NCBI GenBank assembly: GCA_043228905.1
Contig: JBHGNT010000003.1
Span: 10,168,001-10,232,000, forward strand
Source of the DNA: Azolla caroliniana
Taxonomy: Eukaryota; Plantae; Polypodiophyta
Direction: 5' to 3'
Length of the DNA stretch: 64,000 nt
Every line of letters starts with the position of its first letter. Position 1 is the first letter of the stretch. A model generated the notes under the pieces. It worked only from the letters and a program-made list of their open reading frames with translations, was not told where the DNA came from and did no database searches. The translations under genes and the position numbers were made by a program. Below are positions 35,330-47,149 of the stretch, one piece after another.

Positions 35330-36190
35330 TACATAATGTATATATATAAGGGTATTAATAACCATTTGAAATATATCTTTACATAAGGGTATTATCAATT
35401 ATGCTAGAAAAAAATTTACATAAGTCCATGAAATATTAGATATTTTAATGAGATAGTAAAGAATTATTATGCAAACAATACTCAAATTTGGAGTAACATA
35501 TATACATGTATTCTTTCATACATACATACATACCTATACATGCATGCATGCACATATACCTACATTCAAACATTACATCCATTAATATGTACATACATAC
35601 ATACATTACATCGAATATACATGCATACTGACTAAACATAAATATATGTATAAATATATATTACCATGTGTAAATATTTACAGACACATACATAAATGCA
35701 TTGCATACTACATATATAAATACATGCATACATACATACTTATGTATATATGTATAATCAGCCATATATATATGTGTGTGTGTGTGTGTGTATACTACAC
35801 ATTCTTACAAACATATTTTATAGAGTACATATTACACACACATATCATTATACAGACAATTATATGCAACTACATATATGTATACATACCAAACACAAAA
35901 AATATACATAAATAAATAAATAAATTACATATTATATATACATACACATACACATACATATTAATACATAAGATTACATATTATATGAATTATAAATTTT
36001 CACACATACAAACAAGTTACATGTATTATATATGTATATATACACTCACATGCACACACACACACATAAATAAATTAGATATTACATATCATATAATCTA
36101 TACATATTAACAATAAAGAAATTTACATACACATACATACATACATTACATATATACATATATACATATATACATATATATATATAAGAA
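35330..36190. repeat. Low-complexity (TA)n/(CATA)n/(CA)n degenerate microsatellite region
   Basis: Dense TACA/TATA repeats throughout. Confidence 0.85.
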
Positions 36191-36217
36191 GATATCCTGT
36201 CATTAGTGTAACCATTT

Positions 36218-37935
36218 TGTAAAGAATCGGGTATGATTCTTCTGCAGCGGAATAAATGTGCGTTATGTGCGTATATGTGTGAGAGAAAAAGAGAGGTGAG
36301 AAAAGAGAGCTCAAGGTAGATAAATGAGAGGAAAATAGAATACTCAAGAAGAAGGTGTATATTTCACAAGTAGAATAAGATTTACAAAATGTGGCATAAC
36401 AAGGAGTCACAACTGACTTAGTATGAAGTATAAGGAGGGTGCTTTATATAGAGTCACCCTCTCTCTTCATTAACTAACTACAACGACCACTCTCTCTCTC
36501 TTGGGGATTGTGAAGACTCATAGTCATGGGGAATATGTAACTCATTAGTTATGTGTCATAGAATATGATTCTATGACACATAGTTAATGTGTAGAGAGTA
36601 GTGGTATGACTCTTGACCTTTGAGTAATCATAGATTCTCAAGAGGTGTGTTCACACGTTACACTATGTTGAGCTTGATTCTCAACACTCCCCCTCAAGCT
36701 CAACTCGGGTCGGTTCCTCGGATGGTATCCGGTTCTCGCTTGTACTCCCCCTCAAGCTTGGCAAGTCAAGGATCGTCAATCCAAGGTCTGACATGAATTG
36801 CCGAAGCTTGTCGGCTCCTAAGGCTTTGGTGAAGATGTTGGCCATCTGAAGATTCGTGTTGATGTGTTGAAGGTCGACATCTCTGGCCTGTACGTGCTCT
36901 CGATTGAAGTGATAATGCACTTTGATATTCTTTGTGCCTGCGTGGAACACCAGGTTCCGAGCCAGATATATACTGCTCATGTTGTCGAAGTAAATGGGAT
37001 TCGGATCCTCGATGGGGACACCCAGATCCTTCAAAACCCTCTTGAGACATACGACTTCACATGCAGCTACGGTGGCGCCCCTCTATTTGGCCTCCGCACT
37101 CAATAGTAGGCTGCTTCTTACTACTCCAAGATATAGCTCCGCTACCGAGTGAGAAGGCAAATCCGGAGGTTGATCGTCGATCCGCTCTATAGCCAGCCTA
37201 GTCGGCATCCGTGTACCCTTCGAGTTGAATTGGTGTGGCCGATGCGTAGAGGATGCCATCATTCATTGTGCCGCTCACGTATCGTAATACTCACTTAGCA
37301 CAATCGAAATAGATATCTCGCGGAGTTTGCATGAATTGGCTAAAAAGGCCGACTGGATAGCTAAGGCCGGGTCGAGTGATTGTGAGATAGATGAGGCTCC
37401 TGATCAGTTGATGATATTGGGTTGGCTCACACTCTTCCGTGCTGGAGTCGACATCCAATTTAAGGTTTTGATCCAGAGGGGTTGCCACGGATTTACACTG
37501 AGTCATCCCGAACTTGTGTAACAAGTTGAGGATGTAGTGTCGTTGGGAGATCATAATGCCTCCCAGAGTCTGAATTACCTCGATGCCTAGGAAGTAATCA
37601 AGCTCCTTTATGTACGTCATCTCGAATTTCTTAGAGAGGAGGGACTTCACCTTACGAGTCGAGCTTTGTAATGGTTTATGGAGCCATCGACATTATCCTT
37701 GACCTTGTAGATCCATCTGCAGCCAATTGCCTTCTTGTACAGTGAGTGGGGAATGAGATCCCATGTCTCATTCTTGGAGAGTTCTTGCATCTCCTCATTC
37801 ATCGCTTCAACCCATCTGGGGTCCTTCGTAGTTTCGGAAAACGTTTCCGGCTCCCGTACTATTGCTAGTTTCATCATAAAGGCGTAATGGTACGCCATAT
37901 AATCGTTGTAGCCGAATTGACTTATGGGGTTCTTG
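36218..37935 (-). mobile_element. 5'-truncated Copia element D (RT/RNase H + 3' LTR 36218-36686)
   Basis: YFLGIEV, HAGTKNIKVHYHF and ANIFTKAL motifs, PPT GAGGGGGAG next to the LTR, and an LTR related to element E. Confidence 0.9.
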
Positions 37936-38387
37936 CATTAACCAAGATCATTAATCCTAAAATAAAGATATAATGATACAATCATACTGAAAATACGCGT
38001 TACCACCCATCTGCCCCACGCTAGAGTCGACAACGCAGACGAGGAATCCCGATTTGTCCCATACCAGCCAGGATCTCCACGTCGGAACCTTGGCAGATGA
38101 CTAGTCCACATCAAAGAGAGCTTCGTCTGAACCACTCATGGGGCTCCCCCTTTACCAAGGAGAGTCTCCCCTATTTATAGGACCGAGGCCATGTAATGAC
38201 ATCTACCTGATCAATCATGTGCGGGGTACCCTATGACACACATTAGGTCAGTCCAATAAAGCCGACGACACAGATATTACAGTATGATAGCCCGCTAATA
38301 AGCACGTCTAAATTAATGAACATTACATACTCCCCCCCGCCGTTTAATTGCACTCTTGCAATGGGAAGTTAGGAAAATGTTTGCGTA

Positions 38388-38735
38388 ATGTCTCTTCAGT
38401 TTCCCATGTGTTGTCTTCTTCCAGTCTATCCTTCCTGTTGAGAATCAAGCTCAACTTGGTCTAGTGTGTGAACTCACCTTGAGAGTGAAGAGACACTCCA
38501 ACGGTCAAGAGTCACCATTATGCCAGCACTTTGTATTCTAGCATTTAGTATGAGTCATAGAATGTCTCTTCAGTTTCCCATGTGTTGTCTTCTTCCAGTC
38601 TATCCTTCCTATTGAGAATCAAGCTCAACTTGGTCTAGTGTGTGAACTCACCTTGAGAGTGAAGAGACACTCCAACGGTCAAGAGTCACCATTATGCCAC
38701 CACTTTGTATTCTAGCATTTAGTATGAGTCATAGA
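38388..38735. repeat. 174-bp tandem duplication spanning the G/E insertion junction
   Basis: TSD plus LTR start occurs twice, as CTTCC|TGTTGAG at 38436 and CTTCC|TATTGAG at 38610. Confidence 0.9.
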
Positions 38736-38901
38736 ATCATATTCTATGCCACATAACTTATGAGCTTTCACATTCCCCGTGCTTCATGAGGCTTGTAGTT
38801 AATGAAGAGAGAGGGTGACTACATAAAGCACCCTCCTCCCATCTTGTAATACGTTGAGTCTTTCTCCTTTGTCAATATATTTTTACCTTGCGTATTCCTT
38901 G

Positions 38902-38936
<35 letters not shown>

Positions 38937-41900
38937 GTTCACACCTATTCCGCTTCACAAGAATCCATATCCGATTCTTTACATGGTATCAGAGCGATTT
39001 GGTAGCTTGATCTAGCCCATTCGCCTCATCGTGATCGTGTGTTGTGCTCCACGCCGACGACCAAGAACCGGCTCATCGCTATCGTAGCTTCGCTACATAG
39101 CTCGCATTCAAAGAGAGCAGAAGAAGAAGAAGAAGAATCGACATAATGAATACTCAAATGGGGAGCGCTCTCCCTACCGAGAAGTTGGATCGAAACAACT
39201 TCGCATCTTGGGAGTACAAGATGCACCAATACCTTGTCCGACAAGGCTATTGGAGCTACATCAAAGGAGCGCATGAAGACCGACCCGCCGAAGCGGCTCC
39301 CGGATACGCGACATGGGAGCAAGCCGCAAGCCGCGTGATGTATTGTTTGGCGACATGTGTTCATGACCACATGCTCGGTTACATTCGAGAAGCCAAGACG
39401 CCGAAGGAAGTGAGGGAAAATCTACGAAAGATTTTCGCCGCCAACACGACCGCGAGGAAGCTTCAACTCCGCCAAGAGTTGAACAACATTCAACAAAGGG
39501 ACATGTCCATCACGGCATACACCTTGAAGATCAAGGAGCTTTGCGACTTGCTTGGCTCAATAAGCGTAAGTAAAGATGATGATGAGATGGTGCAAATATG
39601 CCTTGGCGGCCTCGCACCATGGTTCGGCGCGATGCGAACCGTCGTTCTAGCACGGGAGAAATCTCCCTCCTTCTTCGAGCTCCAATCAATGCTATTGGTC
39701 GAAGAAAATCACGTGCGTACAAGGAGCAATGAGTTAGAAGGCCACATGCTCTACACGCACTCTAATGGAGGAAGAGGACGCGGACGAGCGAGAGGCCGAT
39801 TCGGCCAAGGACAAGGCAAACGTGGTTCGACCTACGACAACAATTCCCAATTTCGGCCACAAAACGGAGGCCAACGAGGAACCTTCGCAAGAAGGGGGAG
39901 CTTCCACTCCGGCCCGAGCCGTCAAAACGCAACCGAATGCGGATATTGCGGAAAGCTCGGCCACCACGAAGAAGAGTGCTGAAAGAAGATGCGTGAATCG
40001 ACTTCCACAAGCTGACAACTCACGAATTATGCGCACAATTCCGACTACGAAGAGTATAGCGGAATGTACGGGCTCAACTCCGACCGTGGCGGAATGTTCA
40101 TGATGAAACATAGAGCAAACTCTATGTCGGCCACTACCTCAACTAGTGCTCTCAATCTAGAGGACGTATGGTTTGTTGACTCCGGAGCGTCAAACCATAT
40201 GACATCCCACAAAGAATGGTTCGACCTGGTTATGTCAAAACCGGAGATGACACTACGCACCCGATTCGGCACATCGGCAATGTTCCGTTCCGCGAAAGAG
40301 GTAAGCAAACATATATTAAAAATGTCTTGCATGTTCCCACCATCACAAAGAATTTGGTCTCGGTCGGCCAAATGGTTGAGCAAGGGATGCAAGTACGATT
40401 CGACCAAGAAGGGTGCTTCATCGAAAAAGAAGGCCAAATCATCGCACGCGGAAGAAGAGAGGGCCAGATGTTCATTCTCGATTCACACGAGATGAAATCC
40501 GCCATGTTCGCGAAAAGCACGAAAGCTGACTCCGACATAGAGCTATGGCATAAGCGAATCGGCCACATCAATCTCAACAAACTCAAAGCAATGAAATTGA
40601 AAGGGGTCGTCATCGGACTCCCGACATTCAAAGAGAAGGAGATTGAAGGTGTATGCGAAGCGTGCCAATTCGGCAAGCAACACCGACACCCATTTCTGAA
40701 GGAGCGGAACGTGACCAAAGGCGTACTCGACGTAATTCATTCCGATGTATGGGGTCCAGCTCAAACGGCGACATTCGGCGGATGCCGATACTACGTGCTC
40801 TTCATCGACGACTTTTCTAGGCACACTTGGATCTATCCGATGCGGCAAAAGAGCGAAGTGTTCAGACACTTCCAAAAGTTCAAGAATGAAGTCGAGAAAG
40901 CCACGGGCCGACATGTACGATGCCTTCGATCGGATGGCAGTAAGGAGTACTTCTCGGACAATTTCACGGCGTATCTCCGAAAGGAAGGAATTCGGCGAGA
41001 ATTCACTTGCCGACCCACTCCGCAACAAAACGGAGTAGCCGAGCACAAGAATCGGCACATCCTCGAAGTAGCGCAGGCCATGATGAACGAGAAGCATATG
41101 CCCAAGTCATATTGGGCCGAAGCGGCAAATACGGCCATCTACCTAATGAACCAGTGCACCACATCCGGCGTGCACGAGGTCACTCCACATGAAAGATTCT
41201 TCGGAAAGAAGCCGAACCTATCACATGTTCGGATATTCGGCTCCATCGCGTACGTGCACATCCCCGACGAGAAGCGTCAAAAGCTCGACCCGAAGTTGGA
41301 GAAATGTATCCTCGTAGGATACTCACTGGAGCAAAAGGGGTACAAGTGCTACAACCCCTCAACTCGACAATCTCGAGTAAGTCGAGACGTCATCTTTGAC
41401 GAGTCTGCATCCTGGTACGCACCAGAGACAACTTCGACTCCGACCCCGCTCGACCCGGAATCCACTGACCAAGAGATAGAGGATGAAGATCACCTTACGC
41501 GCATGTTCGAAGAAAGTCCGATCACGACCCAACTGATCGGACCACAAGAGCCTTTGAGCGATCAAAGCACATCACGGCCTAGCCCGAAGATGGACAAAGG
41601 CAAGGCGAAAATGGAGGAATACGAAGACGATCGCTTCACCGACGATGAGTCAACTCACTCACTCGACAGTGAGTTCGGCGGTTTTGAGGTACCAATCGGA
41701 GCTAAGAAAGCCATCATCTCTGCAAATGAAAAACTCCGCCGATCCACCCGTGAAAAGAACCCCGTAAGCCGATTTGGCTACAACGATTATATGGCGTACC
41801 ATTACGCCTTTATGATGACGGTAGCGACTGTATGGGAGCCGGAAACCTTTTCGGAAGCCTCAAAGGACCCGCGATGGATCAAAGCAATGAACGAGGAGAT

Positions 41901-43959
41901 GCAGGCACTACGGAAGAACGAGACGTGGGATCTCGTTCCCACCTCACCACACAAAAAGGCGATCGGATGCAGATGGATCTACAAGGTGAAGTATAACGTC
42001 GATGGCTCTGTAAACCGCTACAAAGCTCGACTCGTAGCGAAAGGATACGCTCAGACGCATGGCGTCGACTACAAAGAAACCTTTGCCCTGGTGGCAAAGA
42101 TGACGATGGTGCGGACCGTAATTGCGATTGCCGCGGCGAAAGGGTGGCACCTCCATCAAATGGACGTCAAGAACGCCTTTCTACAAGGAGAATTAGAAGA
42201 GGTGTACATGATCCAACCACCCGGCTTCAACTCGAGCACCCATCCGAAAGTTGTATGCCGACTCGAGAAGCCACTCTACTGCCTCAAGCAAGCACCGCGT
42301 GCCTGACATTCGAAGATAACGCAATATCTTCATCAAATCGGCTTCCGTATGTCAAAATCGGACAACTCCCTCTACATACGAAGCGATTCCGCAAGTCCGA
42401 TCTTCATCATTTTATATGTGGATGACCTAGTCATTGGAGGTGAGCATCTCGTCGAAATCAATAAGGTAAAATCCCTCCTTTCCGACAAGTTCGAGATGAC
42501 GGACATGAAGGAGCTCCACTACTTCCTCGGCATCGAGGTAATTCGGACTTCGGCCGGAATCATGATCTCTCAACGGCACTACATCCTCAACTTGTTATAC
42601 AAGTTCGGGATGTCTGAGTGAAAATCCGTGCCAACCCCGCTCGATCGTAATCTCAAACTGGATGCGAACTCCGGCACCAAAGCGTGTGAGCCGACTCAGT
42701 ATCGGCAACTCATCGGGAGTCTCATCTACCTCACGATCACTCGACCCGATCTCAGTTATCCGGTCGGTCTCCTTAGCCAATTCATGCAAACACCGCGTGA
42801 TACTCACTTGGATTGCGCTAAGCAAGTTCTACGGTACGTGAGCGGCACAGTGGATTGCGGCATCCTCTACAAGACCGCGATGCCAATACGACTCGAGGGG
42901 TACACAGACGCCGATTGGGCCAGCTACAAAGCCGATAGAAGATCAACCTCCAGATTTGTTTTCTCCCTCGGCAGTGGAGCAATATCCTGGAGTAGCAAGA
43001 AGCAGCCCACCGTCGCTCTTTCGAGTACGGAGGCGGAATACAAGGGTGCAGCCGTAGCTGCATGTGAAGCCGTATGGCTCAAGAGGATTTTGAAGGATCT
43101 GGGCGTACCCATCAAGGATTCGACTTCCCTTTACTGCGACAACATGAGCAGTATCTATTTGGCTCGGAACCCGGTGTTCCACGCGCGGACAAAGTACATC
43201 GAAGTGCACCATCACTTCATCCGAGAGCGCGTTCTGGCTGACGATGTCGACCTACAACACATTAGCACCAATCTTCAAATGGCCGACATCTTCACTAAAG
43301 CCTTAGGAGCCGACAAGCTATGGCAATTCATGACCGATCTCGGATTGACGATCCCTGACCTGCCAAGCTTGAGGGGGAGTACTGATGACACTACGCAATA
43401 ACGCGTAGATTCCGCAACCGCGCATTACGCAATAACGCGTGGATTCCGCAACCACCGCGAAGAAAGACGCAAGCCGAAGCACAGACTTTGCAACTACGCA
43501 CGCAAGCCGAAGCATTGACTTCGTAACTACGCACAACGCAAGCTAGAGCACGGATTCCGCAACTCTGCATACATGCGAGTCGACACGAGTCGACGTGGAC
43601 TCCAGAACGCGAGTTGAAGCGAATTTCGGATACCGTCTAAAACCGACCCGACTTGAGCTTGAGGGGGCGTGTTGAGAATCAAGCTTAACTTGGTCTAGTG
43701 TGTGAACTCACCTTGAGAGTGAAGAAACACTCCAACGGTCAAGAGTCACCATTATGTCACCACTTTGTATTCTAGCATTTACTATGAGTCATAGAATCAT
43801 ATTCTATGACACATAACTTATGAGCTTTCACATTCCCCATGCTCCATGAGGCTTGTAGTTAATGAAGAGAGAGGGTGACTACATAAAGCACCCTCCTCCC
43901 ATCTTGTAATAAGTTGAGTCTTTCTCCTTTGTCAATATATTTTTACCTTGCGTATTCCT

Positions 43960-43996
<37 letters not shown>

Positions 43997-44043
43997 GTTC
44001 ACACCTATTCCGCTTCACAAGAATCCATATCCGATTCTTTACA
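38610..44043 (+). mobile_element. Full-length Ty1/Copia element E, inactivated by stops and a small deletion
   Basis: 374-bp LTRs at 38610-38983 and 43670-44043 (about 9 substitutions by eye), TSD CTTCC, PBS TGGTATCAGAGC at 38984 and PPT before 43670. Confidence 0.95.
39146..43401 (+). pseudogene. gag-pol: Copia gag-pol polyprotein of E (gag, PR, INT, RT, RH) broken into several ORFs
   Basis: [52 protein letters not shown] and ADIFTKAL. Premature stops at about 39980, 42304 and 42619. Confidence 0.93.
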
Positions 44044-44126
44044 CTTCCACTTAACCTTATAGCGATGAACAACTTTTGACCTTAGGTTTCTAGACCTATG
44101 GTCGAGGATTTTCTCAGGTTCATGTG

Positions 44127-47100
44127 TGTTGAGAGACAAGCTCAACATCGGCCGGATCGGCTGAAGAAGCCGAGGACCGGTGCGTAGGTAGGGCCGGATC
44201 GGTGCGTAAACCCCCCGGATTTCACTCTGGAACGAACTCCTCGGCAGTATGCCGATTGAAGAAGTCCCTTTACGGACTGAAGCAAGCCCCGCGTGCCTGG
44301 AACGCGAAGATCATGCAACAACTGCGTCGGTTGGGCTTCGTCACGTCAAAATCGGACCCGTCCCTGTTCATCCGGAAAGGTCGACTCGGACCGGTTAGTA
44401 TTTTACTATATGTTGATGACTTGGTCATCACCGGCGCCGACCTAGGTGAAATCGGCCGCGTGAAGCTCCAGCTTGCGGCATCGTTCAACATGAAGGATCT
44501 GGGGGACCTTCATTACTTCCTCGGGATCGAAGTGATCCATACCCCCAAAGGCATATTGATCAGCCAACGTCATTACGTGTTGACTATGCTCTTCAAATTC
44601 GGGATGGCCGACTGTAAGTCCGTCTCAACTCCTCTGGATAGAACCGTCAAGCTTCGTCCCGATACGGGAAAGGTATGCGACCCAACGAGGTTCCGACAAA
44701 TTGTCGGAAGCCTCATATACTTGACCATCACCCGACCCGACCTCAGTTATCCGGTCGGAGTGATCAGTCAGTTCATGGCGCGACCTACCAAGGAGCACCT
44801 TCAATGTGCGCAACGCATACTTCGGTACGTCAACGGCAGTAAGGACCGGGGACTGCTATATCGGACCAGTGCAGCCGCGCAGTTAGTCGGCTACACCGAT
44901 GTTGATTGGGCTGGCAACGCCGCCGATCGCCGATCCACGTTCGGATACGCGTTGTCGTGCCCTTCGGCTCCGGATCGTTGCGTGAGTCGGGTGGGAACCG
45001 CTGAGGTTTTTGACTAGGAGGAAGAGGAATACAACTTAAGGCTAGTTATGAATAGTGGAAAGAGAAGTAAGATAGCAATCTCGTGAATCCCACGAGTTTA
45101 GTGAAATTAAAACAATATTTAGATTATAAGAGCAATTAGATGGCAAAATTCGTGAATCCCACGAATATATTAGATTGATCAATCCTTGTATATTAATCAA
45201 CAACCTTATACATATTTCTCTCCTCCTTATATAAAGATGGAAGAGGCTAAGCATGGCTTCATGCTTTTTCACCTAAAGTGTCCATGCACACTAAATGTGC
45301 ATGTGATGCTTTGTCATTTCCTAAATATAGGGCTCATGCATGCTAGATGTGCATGAGTCACTTTTAATGTCACGTGTAAATAAAATATTCACACTCTAAA
45401 GAATACATGATTTTTACCTTTTAATAAAGGTATGTGTAAATAAAGGTCTTATACGTATTAAATCTATATTTATAACACTAAAGATAAGTTATTATAATGG
45501 TAAAGTTGGGGTTTATCTACGTGGAGGTGCATGGTTCGAATCTTGCCCTATGCACGTGATAAATTCTTTTGATATATTATTTATTTATTTATTTATATGT
45601 ATCTAAAATCGGATATATTATTTTATGGTTTTCACGTAGTGTGTGGAATACACTACGACAGCGTTCTCCCTCGGGAGTGTCGCGATCACGTGGAGCAGTA
45701 AGAAGCAGCCGACAGTTGCACTGTCGAGCACCGAAGCTGAGTACCGAGGAGCGGCTGTCGCGACATGCGAAGCCATATGGTTGAAACGGCTGCTTAGGGA
45801 CCTGCAAGAGGAGGTGTCAGATCCGACGACGATCTACTGCGACAACCTCAGCAACATCCAGCTCGCGAAAAACTCCGTTTTCCACGCACGGACCAAGCAC
45901 ATTGAGGTGCACTACCATTTCGTCCGTGAGCGTGTCCTTTCCGGTGAAGTCGAACTTCAGTACGTTCCGACGGATCGGCAGATTGCCGACATCTTCACCA
46001 AGCCTCTTGGTCTGGACAAGTTGCGGCAATTCTCAGGTGCGCTCGGACTGCGTCACCTCGACGTGCCAAACTTGAGGGGGAGAACAGTCCCGAACGACCA
46101 AGCAAGGCAGCAGGACAGGAGCGGAGACCACGACACCGAGTCGGTTAACTCGGTTGTCGAGTTCAACTTCGGATCGACTGAAGAAGCCGAGGGCAGACCC
46201 GCGGAAAAGTTCGGAAGCGGACAGAAGGGGAGCAGCCGAAGCCAACCACGCATGGGGAAGATGACGCCATCGAGGGCAAGAGGACCGAAGACAAGTTGGA
46301 GACAGCCAACTCGGACGAGAGCGAAAACCGATCGGAGGTAGCTGAGTCGGTTCGGATGTTTGATTCAGATATGCTGAATCAACCGAGGCCCAAGCGGAAG
46401 AAAAGGCATCAGAAGAAGCGTCAACACCGCAACAGCAGAACAACTGATAAGGGCCACATGAGCAGACAAGCCGACCAGAAGGGTCGAAGCGCGCAGAGTC
46501 GAACAGGTCGTGGAGCGCGAGCGAGGCGTGAAGCCAAGAGGAACCGGAGCTGTGAGCCCAAAGATCCCGAAGAGCCTCAAGTTGAGCTTGAGGGGGAGTG
46601 TTGAGAGACAAGCTCAACATCGGCCGCATCGGCTGAAGAAGCCGAGGACCGGTGCGTAGGTAGGGCCGGATCGGTGCGTAAACCGGGAGACCGTTAGGAA
46701 AGATATTCCGTGAGGAATATATTTGGGAGTTAGTGTAGGAGCTCTTAATGAGCATTGAAGTACTGTCAGTACTTCGGTCAGTCCTTCTAGGACCGGTGCG
46801 TAGGTAGGGCCGGATCGGTGCGTAAACCGGGAGGCCGTTAGGAAAGATATTCCGTGAGGAATATATTTGGGAGTTAGTGTAGGAGCTCTTAATGAGCATT
46901 GAAGTACTGTCAGTACTTCGGTCAGTCCTTCTAGGACTTGTATAAAAGTGTTCATTGAACACACATATGTATAGAGTGTGGTGAATAGAGATTGAGTATT
47001 GTTTTTGTTGAATATAGTTCTTGTGTTTTCTCTCTCTCACTCTCTCTGTCTCTCCCGCGTATACTGCGTAAGTTCAAGCTCTCCATTAAACCTGAGTTTT

Positions 47101-47149
47101 CTTCCTTCTGTTCGGTCTTCATACTTGCTTCCGCACGTTACTTTTTGCA
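44127..47149 (+). mobile_element. Internally deleted Copia element H
   Basis: TSD ATGTG. The 5' LTR is cut after about 85 bp and joined directly to RT. RT/RH ORFs at 44202-45017 and 45643-46341. The 3' LTR 46599-47149 carries a 144-bp internal tandem duplication. Confidence 0.92.
44953..45660. mobile_element. 708-bp solo LTR inserted in the RNase H of element H
   Basis: TGTCGT...ACGACA termini and a 4-bp TSD GCGT. Its removal restores GGA TAC GCG TTC TCC CTC GGG (GYAFSLG). Confidence 0.85.

Noticed and set aside
35445-36410. Tyr/Ile/Met/Cys-rich ORFs
   Set aside because: Products of TA/CA low-complexity sequence.
46033-47040. 335-aa minus-strand ORF with a 48-aa repeat
   Set aside because: Antisense reading of the H tail and LTR. 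The repeat is the 144-bp LTR duplication.
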